DNA of 64,000 nt, taken from an uncultured Enterobacteriaceae bacterium (lineage in GTDB: Bacteria; Pseudomonadota; Gammaproteobacteria; Burkholderiales; SG8-39). The stretch covers positions 21,066 to 85,065 of the forward strand of contig CAZRMO010000003.1 in assembly GCA_964601155.1 (NCBI GenBank). The letters are read 5' to 3'. The translations under genes and the position numbers were made by a program. Of this stretch, positions 8,188-17,445 are shown piece by piece. The number at the start of each line of letters is the position of its first letter. Within the stretch, counting starts at the first letter, position 1. A model generated the notes under the pieces. The model was not told where the DNA came from. It was given only the letters and a program-made list of their open reading frames with translations, and searched no databases.

Positions 8188-10608
8188 ATGACGAGTAGCA
8201 CGGCGCAAACTGAGGTGCTCGGAAGGCTGCAAATCGCCCAGCAAACGCTGGATGCGCTTCCGGATGAGCGCGTGATTGCCGAGTTCACTGCGCGTGCCTT
8301 GCTGGAGGTCCCAGGCGTATCGAAGGCGCATCTGTGCCTGCGTCCGGCTCCGGCCTCGTCGCGGGCCGATTTCGAATCTGTTTGTCGGAGCTGCGCCGTC
8401 CACCTTGGCGACACTTCCGCCGCGCGGACTCCGGAATGCGCGCTCGCGCCGAGGGCCGGGTATCGCGTGTTCTGGCTGAGCACCGCACGTGGAATTTATG
8501 GACTCCTTGCCGTCCAAATTGGTGACCGGCGCCGATTCCTCGAATACGAACCCCAGATCGAAAACCTCGCCAATGCGGTCGCGCGCGCGATCGAGTCCGC
8601 GCGCTATGTCGCACAACTGAAGCAAGCCAACGACGAGCTGGCGCAAGCGCGCGAGTCGCTGGAACGCACGGTGGCCGAGCGCAATGCGGAACTGAAGGAG
8701 AGCGAGGCGCGCTTTCGCAGCCTGACCGAAATGTCCTCCGACTTCTACTGGGAGAGCGACGCCGAGCACCGGCTTAGCGCGCGCGGTTCGGCGGTAAAGA
8801 AACAGAGCACGGTCTCGGTATTCCAGCGCGGCGCACAGATCGGGCAAAGGCGCTGGGAGATTTCGTATCTTTCACCAGACGAAGACGGCTGGCAGGCGCA
8901 CCGGATGGCGCTCGACGCGCATCAGCCGTTTCGCGGCTTCGAGTTCTCGCGCTTGGGCACCGATGGCGCGGAGCGCTTTCTTTCGATCAGCGGTGACCCG
9001 GTGTTCGATGCCTCCGGCGCCTTCACCGGCTATCGCGGCGTCGGCAGCGATATCACCGAGCGCAAAGAGGCCGAAAGGAAGATTCATCGGCTGACCCAAC
9101 TTTACGCCGCGTCGAGCCAATGTAGCGAGGCCATCGTGCGCTGCGCCAGCGAGGAAGAGTTGTTCCTGCAGGTCTGCCGCGTTGCGGTGCAGTTCGGCGG
9201 CATGAAGATGGCATGGATCGGCATGATCGACCCGGATACGCGGATGGTCCGGCCTGTGGCAAGCTTCGGCGATCGAGCCGATGAGTATCTGCGAGGCGCT
9301 GAAATCTCGGCGGACGCCGACAGCCCGTTCGGACGTGGTTATAGCGGTACCGCCATACGCGAGGACCGACCAGTATGGTGTCAGGACTTCCGGAAGGAGC
9401 CAAGTACCGCCGCCTGGCATGAGCGCCGCGCGCGCTTCGACTTTGGTGCGTCGGCCTCGCTGCCGCTGCATCGAAGCGGCGTACCGGTTGGCATACTTGA
9501 TCTGTATGCGGGCGAAGTCGGCGCCTTCGACGAAGCCGCGCGCAAGCTGCTGGTCGAAATGGCGACTGACATGGACTTTGCGCTCGATAACTTCGCACGC
9601 GAGGCGGCGCGCCAGCAAGCGGAGGAAAATCTGCGCGCGGCGGCAGAGCAATTTCGCGGACTGGTCGAGCAGTCGGTTGCCGGCGTCTACATCGTTCAGG
9701 ACGGGAAGCTTGCCTACGCGAATCCGCGAGCGGCCGAGATCATCGATCAGGGCAGGGCGGAGGGACTGATCGGCACCGATCCTTTGCAATGGGTCGCGGA
9801 GCCCGACCGCGACAGGGTTGCCGAGAGCTTGCGCCGGCTGCTCGACGGTGAAGCGCAGAGCGTGGCATTGGATTTTGGCATTCTGCGCGGGGACGGCGTC
9901 GCGATCCAGGTCGGAGCGCATGCAGCTCGCGCGACGCACCAGGGCCGGCCCGCGGTCATCGGCCTGTTGCAGGACATCTCCGAGAAAAAGCGCGCGGAGC
10001 AGCAGATCCAGCGTTATCTCAAGCAGCTTCAAACCGCGTTCATGAGCACTGTCGAGGTCGCGACCACCCTGAGCGAAATGCGTGACCCGTATACCGCCGG
10101 CCACGAGCGGCGGGTGGGCAAGATCGCCGCAGCGATCGGCACTGAGCTCGGCCTGGATGAGTCGCGCGTCGAGGGCCTGCGGGTGGCAGGCTTCCTGCAT
10201 GACATCGGCAAGATCACCATCCCGGCGGAGATCCTGTCCAAGCCCGGGAAACTTACCTCGATCGAATATAAGTTGATTCAGGGCCATCCGCAGTCGGGTT
10301 ACGACGTTCTGAAGGACGTCGAGTTCCCCTGGCCGCTGGCCGAAGTCGCGCTGCAGCACCACGAGCGCATGGACGGAAGCGGCTATCCGCAGGGCCTCAA
10401 GGGCGAGGCGATCCTGCTCGAGGCGCGCATCATGGCGGTGGCCGACGTCATGGAAGCGATGTCTTCGCACCGGCCCTACCGTCCTGGCTTGGGTATTGAC
10501 AAGGCGCTGGCCGAAATCGAACGCGGGCGCGGCAGCGCATACGACCCGGCTGTCGCAGATGCCTGCCTGCGCCTGTTCCGGGAGCGCGGCGACCCATTGC
10601 CGGCATGA
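8188..10608 (+). CDS. Multidomain PAS/GAF sensor with C-terminal HD-GYP domain (c-di-GMP phosphodiesterase type)
   Basis: HD-GYP signatures FLHDIGK and HHERMDGSGYPQGL. Upstream coiled coil, PAS-like, GAF-like and second PAS-like regions. ATG 8188 with AGGAG upstream is preferred to the GTG at 8080, which overlaps the MEDS gene. Confidence 0.85.
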   Translation: MTSSTAQTEVLGRLQIAQQTLDALPDERVIAEFTARALLEVPGVSKAHLCLRPAPASSRADFESVCRSCAVHLGDTSAARTPECALAPRAGYRVFWLSTARGIYGLLAVQIGDRRRFLEYEPQIENLANAVARAIESARYVAQLKQANDELAQARESLERTVAERNAELKESEARFRSLTEMSSDFYWESDAEHRLSARGSAVKKQSTVSVFQRGAQIGQRRWEISYLSPDEDGWQAHRMALDAHQPFRGFEFSRLGTDGAERFLSISGDPVFDASGAFTGYRGVGSDITERKEAERKIHRLTQLYAASSQCSEAIVRCASEEELFLQVCRVAVQFGGMKMAWIGMIDPDTRMVRPVASFGDRADEYLRGAEISADADSPFGRGYSGTAIREDRPVWCQDFRKEPSTAAWHERRARFDFGASASLPLHRSGVPVGILDLYAGEVGAFDEAARKLLVEMATDMDFALDNFAREAARQQAEENLRAAAEQFRGLVEQSVAGVYIVQDGKLAYANPRAAEIIDQGRAEGLIGTDPLQWVAEPDRDRVAESLRRLLDGEAQSVALDFGILRGDGVAIQVGAHAARATHQGRPAVIGLLQDISEKKRAEQQIQRYLKQLQTAFMSTVEVATTLSEMRDPYTAGHERRVGKIAAAIGTELGLDESRVEGLRVAGFLHDIGKITIPAEILSKPGKLTSIEYKLIQGHPQSGYDVLKDVEFPWPLAEVALQHHERMDGSGYPQGLKGEAILLEARIMAVADVMEAMSSHRPYRPGLGIDKALAEIERGRGSAYDPAVADACLRLFRERGDPLPA

Positions 10609-10751
10609 ACAGCCTCCGGGTTCTGCCCTCAGATCACGATTCAAGGCGTTTAAGAGCGTCCAGGCAATCCCCGCTTCTCCCGAGGCTTCTTCTGGTTTGA
10701 CTGGCGCGGTATAGAATATTTGAAGACGTATTAAGAAAGGTAGACCATCCC

Positions 10752-12320
10752 ATGACCTACGCTATTGGCTCAGTGGTACGCCGCCAAACCATCGCTGATG
10801 CGCTACATCGAACGGCGCAGCGCTTGCCGATGAAGACCGGCATCATTTGTGGCAGTACACAGTGGACCTATGCGCAATTTGACACTTTGGTCAGCCGTCT
10901 GGCTGCGGGCTTGGCGAGCATAGGCGTAGAGGAAGGCGACCGCGTGGCTGTGCTGGCGCGTAATTCGCATGGCTTTGCTGCGCTGCGCTTTGCGCTGGCG
11001 CGCCGCGGAGCAGTCATGGTGCCGATCAACTTCATGCTCAAAGCCGAAGAAGCGGCATACATCTTGCGCCACGCCGGGGCCAAGACTTTAGCCACCGACG
11101 CCGGATTGGCCGAGCTGGCGCGCGCAGCTGCTGCTCTGGACACGCAAGTAGCCCGGTTTATCTGGTTGCCGTCCGAGGACCCGAGCGAACCGGTCGCCGG
11201 TATGCACAGCTTTGACACACTTGCCGAGTGTAGTGACGATTTGCCGGAAGTCGGCTTGGGCAGCCAGGATTTGGCGCAAATTGTGTACACCAGCGGCACC
11301 GAGTCCAGCCCCAAGGGCGCCATGCTGACGCATGATGCCGTGCTGTGGCAGTACGTGAGCTGCGTGGTGAACGCTGAAATTGCCGAAGCCGACTTGACTC
11401 TGCATGCGCTGCCGCTATATCACTGTGCGCAACTCGATGTCTTCTTCGGTCCAGCGATTTATATTGGCGGCACTAACGTCATCACCGCCAAACCGGTGCC
11501 GGACAACATATTGGCTCTGATCGAGAAATTCCAGGTGACCAGCTTTTTCGCCCCGCCTACAGTGTGGATCGCTTTATTGCGCTCACCGCTGTTCGATCCT
11601 GCCAAACTAGCCAGCTTGGCAAAGGGCTATTACGGCGCATCCATCATGCCGGTGGAAGTGCTCAAAGAGTTGGCCGGGCACCTGCCCAAGGTGCGTTTAT
11701 GGAATTTGTATGGCCAAACCGAAATTGCTCCCCTGGCGACGATGCTCGGCCCGCAAGACCAGTTACGCAAACCGGGTTCGTGCGGTCGGCCGGTGCTTAA
11801 CGTGGAAACGCGTGTTGTCAATCTCGAGATGAAAGACGTGGCACCGGGAGAGGTGGGGGAAATCGTGCACCGTTCGCCCCACCTGATGTTGGGCTATTTT
11901 CACGACGCTGAGCGCACGCGATCCGCGTTTGAAGGCGACTGGTTCCACAGCGGTGATTTGGCCACCGTCGACAGCGAGGGCTTCATTACCGTGGTCGATC
12001 GCAAGAAGGACATGATCAAGACCGGCGGCGAAAATGTCGCCAGCCGCGAGGTGGAGGAGACGATCTACCGCTTGCCTGAGGTCAGCGAGGTCGCCGTGAT
12101 CGGTTTGCCCGATGCGCGCTGGGTCGAGGCGGTAACTGCGGTCATTGTGGTCAAAGCCGGCCAAACCTTGTCGGCCGAACAGGTATTGGCGCACTGCAAT
12201 GCACACTTGGCCAGCTTTAAGTGTCCAAAGCGCCTTGAGTTCACCGATAGCCTGCCCAAGAACCCTAGTGGAAAGTTGCTCAAACGCGAATTGCGGCAGC
12301 GTTACGGCGAGACACCTTGA
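10752..12320 (+). CDS. AMP-dependent acyl-CoA synthetase/ligase (ANL superfamily)
   Basis: 522 aa. A3 YTSGTESSPKGA, A8 VVDRKKDMIKTGGENV, A10 PKNPSGKLLKRELR. Visibly lower GC3 than the flanking core genes. Confidence 0.88.
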   Translation: MTYAIGSVVRRQTIADALHRTAQRLPMKTGIICGSTQWTYAQFDTLVSRLAAGLASIGVEEGDRVAVLARNSHGFAALRFALARRGAVMVPINFMLKAEEAAYILRHAGAKTLATDAGLAELARAAAALDTQVARFIWLPSEDPSEPVAGMHSFDTLAECSDDLPEVGLGSQDLAQIVYTSGTESSPKGAMLTHDAVLWQYVSCVVNAEIAEADLTLHALPLYHCAQLDVFFGPAIYIGGTNVITAKPVPDNILALIEKFQVTSFFAPPTVWIALLRSPLFDPAKLASLAKGYYGASIMPVEVLKELAGHLPKVRLWNLYGQTEIAPLATMLGPQDQLRKPGSCGRPVLNVETRVVNLEMKDVAPGEVGEIVHRSPHLMLGYFHDAERTRSAFEGDWFHSGDLATVDSEGFITVVDRKKDMIKTGGENVASREVEETIYRLPEVSEVAVIGLPDARWVEAVTAVIVVKAGQTLSAEQVLAHCNAHLASFKCPKRLEFTDSLPKNPSGKLLKRELRQRYGETP

Positions 12321-13310
12321 GCATTCGGATGCGGGTGATCTCCCAATGGAATTGGACGCGTTGCCCAATAACGGACGCTCCAGGCGTGCCCTGCATTGCG
12401 ATAGATTGAGTGCAAGCGTAGCGACTGCGTACGGAACCGTACAGACAGCCTAGTAAGACCAGCCTAGATTACCGTATGAACTCAGCATATGAACACGACG
12501 TGCTTCAATTGCAGGACGAGCGTCAATTGCAGAACGTGCAGCACCCGGCCAAAGGCGAATTCGCAGTAGGTCGGCAATTTACGTGGCCTCGCTACGAAGC
12601 GAAACCTCTTCAAGACCTACGCTGCCCAGTCTGCGGAACCTTCGGATGCTACGGCTGCTGATGCTTCATAGACTCTAGCTCGCTTGGCGCTTACACGTGG
12701 CGAGGTCATCACGGTCGTATCTGCCAGATGGCTTAGGTCAACTGCGAGAACGGTTATTTTCCTGGCTGATTGCGGCTGTTCGAATCGGCCGATCAAACAA
12801 TTGGCGCGTCTCTCCTGTAAGGACATCGACGGTTCTACACAGAGGATGCCTTGTGTGACGCTCTTTATCCTGGCGTGACCTGGCAGGCATGATCAAGCCG
12901 CCGCGGCGGCGATGTTTTGCGGTCGCCACGCACGCGATAAAGGATGGCAAATGGCGCTTACGTGACTGGAAAAAAATCCTCGGAGCGCCGCTTGAGCATG
13001 TGTCTGTCGATCTCCCGCCAACAAGGCTGTTTACCGATATGATTCATAGCGTTAAGACAGTCGCAAGCTCCGTAATCGCGTCGTAGATACCCTCATTATT
13101 CCCGCACGCTATCCAAACCCGCCTGCCGACCTCCTCTGATACCGCCACCGGCGGTGCGCCAACTATTCCTGCCGGACTTGTAACCGATTTTCGTTTGCGG
13201 GCGAACTACCTGTCAGACCGCGCTAAATGCATCGATTCCGGTGCGAACTGCGCGGTCTTGTATCCGGCAGCGCGCCGCTGCTGATATTCGCACCTTCAAC
13301 CTTCGAGGAG

Positions 13311-13586
13311 ATGACTATGTCAGTTCGAAACAACCTGATCCAATCCGCCGTTGCCAGCATGTTGGCGTTCGGCATTGTCGCCGCCAGCGGCAGCGCCATG
13401 GCTGCCGACAAAAACATGGAAAAATGCTTTGGCATCGCCAAGGCGGGCAAGAACGATTGCGCGAGCAACAAGAGCGCGCATGCCTGTGCGGGCCAGGCTA
13501 CCAAAAACAACGACCCCAAGGATTTCGTCGCCGTGCCCAAGGGCACTTGCGACAAGATCGCGGGCGGCAGTCTGGCTGCAATGTAA
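13311..13586 (+). CDS. bufA: DUF2282-type secreted Cys-containing peptide (bufferin/BufA1-like RiPP precursor)
   Basis: Sec-type signal peptide (...[12 protein letters not shown]|ADKN). Mature part of about 60 aa with 4 Cys (EKC, NDC, HAC, GTC). GAGGAG directly upstream. Start is ATG 13311 or 13317. Stop TAA overlaps the next ATG. Confidence 0.8.
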   Translation: MTMSVRNNLIQSAVASMLAFGIVAASGSAMAADKNMEKCFGIAKAGKNDCASNKSAHACAGQATKNNDPKDFVAVPKGTCDKIAGGSLAAM

Positions 13587-14428
13587 TGAGCAAGCCCGCA
13601 ACACATGCCTTGCCGTGCACCGCGAGCATAGGGTTGCGGGCGCCTCATTACCGTGAGGTCTTGGAAGCTCTGCCCAGGCTCGCTTGGGTGGAAGTGCACA
13701 GCGAAAACTTTTTTGGCGGTGGCGCGCCCCTGCATACCCTGCTCAAGGTGCGCGAACACTATTCCGTCAGTCTGCACGGCGTCGGCATGGGGCTGGCTTC
13801 GACCGCGCCGCCCGACCAGATGCATCTGTCCGCCTTACAGCGCTTGTGCGAGGCGGTGCAGCCCGCGGCGGTGTCCGAACACCTGTGCTGGAACGCTGCG
13901 CCTGGCATGGTCATCAACGATTTGTTGCCGTTCCCCTATACGCAGGAAGCCCTGACCCATGTGTCGAACCGCGTGCAACAACTGCAGGAAAAGCTCGGCC
14001 GACAATTGCTGGTGGAAAATCTCTCCAGCTATCTATCGTTCGCGCAAGCCGAAATGAGCGAGGGCGAGTTTCTTGGCGAACTGAGCCGGCGCACCGGCTG
14101 CGGCATCCTGTTCGATGTGGAAAACCTGCATGTGAACGTGCGTAACCTGGGCGTGGACGCCGCGGCTTTTATCGAGGCCCTCCCGGCCGGCGCGGTCAAG
14201 GAATATCACCTGGCCGGTTACAGCGAGAGGGACGGCTGCCTGGTGGATACGCATGATCATCCGGTCTATCCCGAGGTGTGGGAATTGTACGAGCGGGTTC
14301 TGCAGCAAATCGGTCCGCGACCCACATTGATCGAATGGGACAGCGATATACCGGCATTGCCGGTGCTCATGGGCGAGGCGGCGAAAGCGCAGCAGCGCAT
14401 GGAGGACGTCCGTGTCTGCACTGCATGA
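13586..14428 (+). CDS. bufB: DUF692/UPF0276 TIM-barrel protein, MbnB-like multinuclear non-haem iron oxidase (MNIO)
   Basis: 281 aa from MSKPATH. Matches the UPF0276 consensus along its length: IGLRAPHY...VEVHSENFF...SLHGVG..L...VSEHL.W......NDLLPFPYT.EAL...V..VQ..LGR.LLVEN.SSY...EGEFL.EL.RRTGCG.L.DV.N..V.....G....F...LP...V.E.HLAG......L.DTH...V...VW.LY........GP.PTLIEWD.DIP. Confidence 0.9.
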   Translation: MSKPATHALPCTASIGLRAPHYREVLEALPRLAWVEVHSENFFGGGAPLHTLLKVREHYSVSLHGVGMGLASTAPPDQMHLSALQRLCEAVQPAAVSEHLCWNAAPGMVINDLLPFPYTQEALTHVSNRVQQLQEKLGRQLLVENLSSYLSFAQAEMSEGEFLGELSRRTGCGILFDVENLHVNVRNLGVDAAAFIEALPAGAVKEYHLAGYSERDGCLVDTHDHPVYPEVWELYERVLQQIGPRPTLIEWDSDIPALPVLMGEAAKAQQRMEDVRVCTA

Positions 14429-15176
14429 GGTCCTGTCCGAGTTCGCGCGGGTCATCGTGCGCGGCGAGGAGCCGTCGTCGCAGATGGTCGCGCGCTATCG
14501 CAACTATTCGTCCGAGGTCGCGATCGGAATCTATCAGAACAACTATCGCGGCAATCTGCACGACGCGCTTGCGGGCGCGTATCCGGTGGTCGAGCAACTC
14601 GTGGGCAAGGATTTCTTCAGGCTGATCACGCGGCAATACATCGGGGCGCATCTTTCGCACAGCGGCAACCTGCATCGCTACGGAGCGGAAATGGCCGAGT
14701 TTCTTGCGGCCTTTGAACCCGCACGCGGCCTGGTCTACCTGCCGGATGTTGCGGCGCTGGAGTGGGCCTGCCATCGCGCCTATTTCGCGGACGATGCCGC
14801 CGCGCTGGATCTCGGCAAGCTGGCGCAAATACCCGCCGAACAGTATTCCGACTTGCGCTTGCATACCCATCCGGCCTGCCGCCTCGTGCGCTCCGCGTAT
14901 CCGATCGCAGCGATCTGGCACGCTCACCAACCCGGCGCGGACAGCGACTTCCACATCGACCTCGATGCCGGCGCCTGCAACGCACTGGTCAGCCGCAAGG
15001 ACGATGTCGTGCTGGTCGGCGAATTGTCGGATGCCGAAGCGGCCTGGCTGGAAAGCATACAAAGGGGAGTGTCACTGGGCACTGCGACCGACGGCGCCCT
15101 GGAACTCCACTCGGACTTCGACCTGCAATCGACGCTGCTCAAACTGCTGCAACTGGACGTCTTGATCGACGCCTGA
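14412..15176 (+). CDS. bufC: DUF2063 protein (MbnC-like partner/RiPP recognition subunit of DUF692 enzymes)
   Basis: 254 aa. Signature IYQNNYRGNLHDALAGAYPVVEQLVGKDFF..ITRQYI. GTG start overlaps the DUF692 gene end by 17 nt. Confidence 0.85.
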   Translation: MSALHEVLSEFARVIVRGEEPSSQMVARYRNYSSEVAIGIYQNNYRGNLHDALAGAYPVVEQLVGKDFFRLITRQYIGAHLSHSGNLHRYGAEMAEFLAAFEPARGLVYLPDVAALEWACHRAYFADDAAALDLGKLAQIPAEQYSDLRLHTHPACRLVRSAYPIAAIWHAHQPGADSDFHIDLDAGACNALVSRKDDVVLVGELSDAEAAWLESIQRGVSLGTATDGALELHSDFDLQSTLLKLLQLDVLIDA

Positions 15177-15198
15177 AATCGATATTGGGAGGAATGGC

Positions 15199-15669
15199 AT
15201 GGGCATCTTCGCGCGCATTGGACGTTTTTATTACACCGCCTCGCATTGGCCGGAATACCTTGCGCCGCTGATGGACCTGGGCCTGCGCTTATATTTGGCA
15301 AACGTGTTTTTCAAATCCGGTCTGACCAAGGTGCAGAGCTGGAGCAGCACCCTGTATCTTTTCAGCGATGTATATCATGTGCCGCTGTTGTCGCCCGAAG
15401 TCGCAGCCACGATGGCCGCAAGCGCGGAATTAGGCCTCTCGGCCCTGCTGGTGATCGGACTGCTGGGCCGGTTTTCGGCTGCGGGACTTTTCATTCTTAA
15501 CGCGGTGGCGGTCATTTCCTATCCCGACCTAAGCCAAGGTGGCCTCAATCAGCACCTATCCTGGGGCATACTGCTCGGCGTGCTGCTGATTGCCAGCCGC
15601 GGCCAATGGTCCGTGGATGCGTGGCTGGAGAAGCGCCTGAAGGGCTTCACCGCCAGACTCCAGCGCTGA
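15199..15669 (+). CDS. DoxX family integral membrane protein
   Basis: 156 aa, four hydrophobic helices. LRLYLANVFFKSGLTK and AELGLSALLVIGLLGRFSA are typical of DoxX. Starts 22 nt after the DUF2063 gene. Confidence 0.8.
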   Translation: MGIFARIGRFYYTASHWPEYLAPLMDLGLRLYLANVFFKSGLTKVQSWSSTLYLFSDVYHVPLLSPEVAATMAASAELGLSALLVIGLLGRFSAAGLFILNAVAVISYPDLSQGGLNQHLSWGILLGVLLIASRGQWSVDAWLEKRLKGFTARLQR

Positions 15670-15802
15670 GCCCCTGCCTCCAAGGGGGGCGGCGCGACCG
15701 GCAGTGTGGTTCTGCCACCCACTGCTACGGCGTAGAGGCAGGCTCGGACTGCCATCGACTGACGGAAAACCTAAGAGGGTGACCGTTGTGTCGGGCGCAG
15801 CG

Positions 15803-17122
15803 CTAAATTGCGGGGGGCGATGCAGCGTCACCGACCCTATGATAGGTGGGATAGTCCTTCACAAAGCTCTCGCGATACAAGGTGTGAGTTCCGCGCCCGC
15901 TTTTCTTCGAGACGTACATCGCCATGTCAGCACGCGCTACGATGGCGGTGGCAGTTTCATTGTCAATGGCTCCAGGATACTGAGCAATGCCGATACTTGC
16001 GGATACGCTAATCGGGTGTCCACCGATATTCTCAATAGAATGCACAGCGAGCTGAACGCTCTCAGCTATCCTTACCGCACCGTCAGATGAAACTATGTCC
16101 TCTGCTAAAATCGCAAATTCGTCCCCTGACAGTCTGCAGAAGGTATCACCCTCGCGGATAACGGCACTAACGCTTTCGGCAACCCGCTGCAATAGCTCAT
16201 CGCCGACGCGATGCCCGAAAGAATCATTGACCATCTTGAACCGGTCTAAATCGAAGTACAAAACCGCGCACCTCACTTCTTGTCGCTGGGCGCGCACGAT
16301 AACGTGCTTTAGCCGGTCAAAAAGCACGGCTCTGTTCGGCAGACCTGTGAGCCGGTCGTGGATAGCGTCGTGGTACAGCTGTGTTGCCTGCTTTTCAAGC
16401 TGCGCAACAAGCAGTTGATTGCGGAGTCGATTTTGTAGCGACTCTTTCCAGGTGCGGCAGACCGTATTCGCACCCTTGAGAAAGAAGAGTGTTGCAGTTA
16501 GCTCCAATGCAGCGATAAGGTAGGAGTAGTGCGTTCCCTCCAGGGCGTTGCGGGCAACGAACGGAAGCAGAACGGCCAGCGCGTACAAGCAGCTGACGCG
16601 AGCTTGCGAAATAGTAAATTGAATTGAACCGAGGATAAGGGCGAACGCGACGATAGTCATGGCGAATTGAGCGGTCAGGTCCGCAGACCAGAATAGAAGC
16701 GGTGTGACCCCGAATAGACATCCCGAGAACAGCGAGCCCCAATAGACATGCGCTTCCCAGGTTGCTAGGTTGTTTTCCTGGATTCCCTCGTGTTTGTACC
16801 GGAAATACACACCCGCGCGCCTCACCTGATTGAGTAGTACCACCGCAAACCATATCAATGCGCCCATTAGCGAGGAGGGCTCGGCAAGCGCGATGACAAT
16901 AACGATAAGGGCACTCGATATAATGGTGCCAAGAATGGACATCGGCTGACGCGACATCACGTATTCGCACTGCTCGCGCCTCGTCACCAATTCGAGCCAG
17001 TGCTCGGAGTCTTCCTCGGTTCCAGGACGGCTTGATGCAAAGGCAGCGGGGCCCATGCCAGAAGTGTCTTTGGCAGCGCCAGAGGGTGTGGAGTACTGGG
17101 TCACGATTGATGAGGTGCGCAC
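15803..17122 (-). CDS. Membrane-anchored diguanylate cyclase (GGDEF domain, SGDEF variant, I-site present)
   Basis: About 6 N-terminal TM segments. DRLTGLPNR, FDLDRFKMVNDSFGH, REGD-x5-SGDEF. Markedly lower GC than its surroundings. Start codon uncertain. Confidence 0.85.
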   Translation of the reverse strand: MRTSSIVTQYSTPSGAAKDTSGMGPAAFASSRPGTEEDSEHWLELVTRREQCEYVMSRQPMSILGTIISSALIVIVIALAEPSSLMGALIWFAVVLLNQVRRAGVYFRYKHEGIQENNLATWEAHVYWGSLFSGCLFGVTPLLFWSADLTAQFAMTIVAFALILGSIQFTISQARVSCLYALAVLLPFVARNALEGTHYSYLIAALELTATLFFLKGANTVCRTWKESLQNRLRNQLLVAQLEKQATQLYHDAIHDRLTGLPNRAVLFDRLKHVIVRAQRQEVRCAVLYFDLDRFKMVNDSFGHRVGDELLQRVAESVSAVIREGDTFCRLSGDEFAILAEDIVSSDGAVRIAESVQLAVHSIENIGGHPISVSASIGIAQYPGAIDNETATAIVARADMAMYVSKKSGRGTHTLYRESFVKDYPTYHRVGDAASPPAI

Positions 17123-17445
17123 TGTTAACTAGGGTCGTTGTCCTTGGCAAAACACACGCGGGGACGGCCGCGTTTGCATCCGCACAGAAGACGGCAGAAA
17201 GTGGGATGCAATTCTACAGTGATTTGCGTTGGTTAATTGTGCACTGTACGAGCGCTTTGGCCTTGCTTAGGAGGGAATCAATCGGAATGCCTTCCTGGTC
17301 GATGGCAAATTCCACGATTCCTGCTCGATGCGCTGCTTCGCCGGGCGGGTGCCGGTGTAACGCTGGGTTGTGCGGGCGCACAGCGGCCTTCGCGGGACGC
17401 GTCGAGATTCTGGCTGCCTGGCGGATGTCGGATCGGTCGCGCTGC

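Noticed and set aside
7350-17122. Calling a bona fide integrative genomic island at tRNA-Ser
   Set aside because: I could identify no integrase, excisionase, transposase or direct repeat of the tRNA 3' end. Only compositional heterogeneity supports it, so it is reported as a hypothesis, not a feature.
17123-17445. Several 100-170-codon ORFs on both strands between the GGDEF and methyltransferase genes (e.g. 17214-17534, 17237-17743, 17267-17734)
   Set aside because: They are mutually overlapping, extend antisense into the methyltransferase gene, are Arg/Ala/Pro-rich and have no motifs. The stretch is more simply the GGDEF promoter region.
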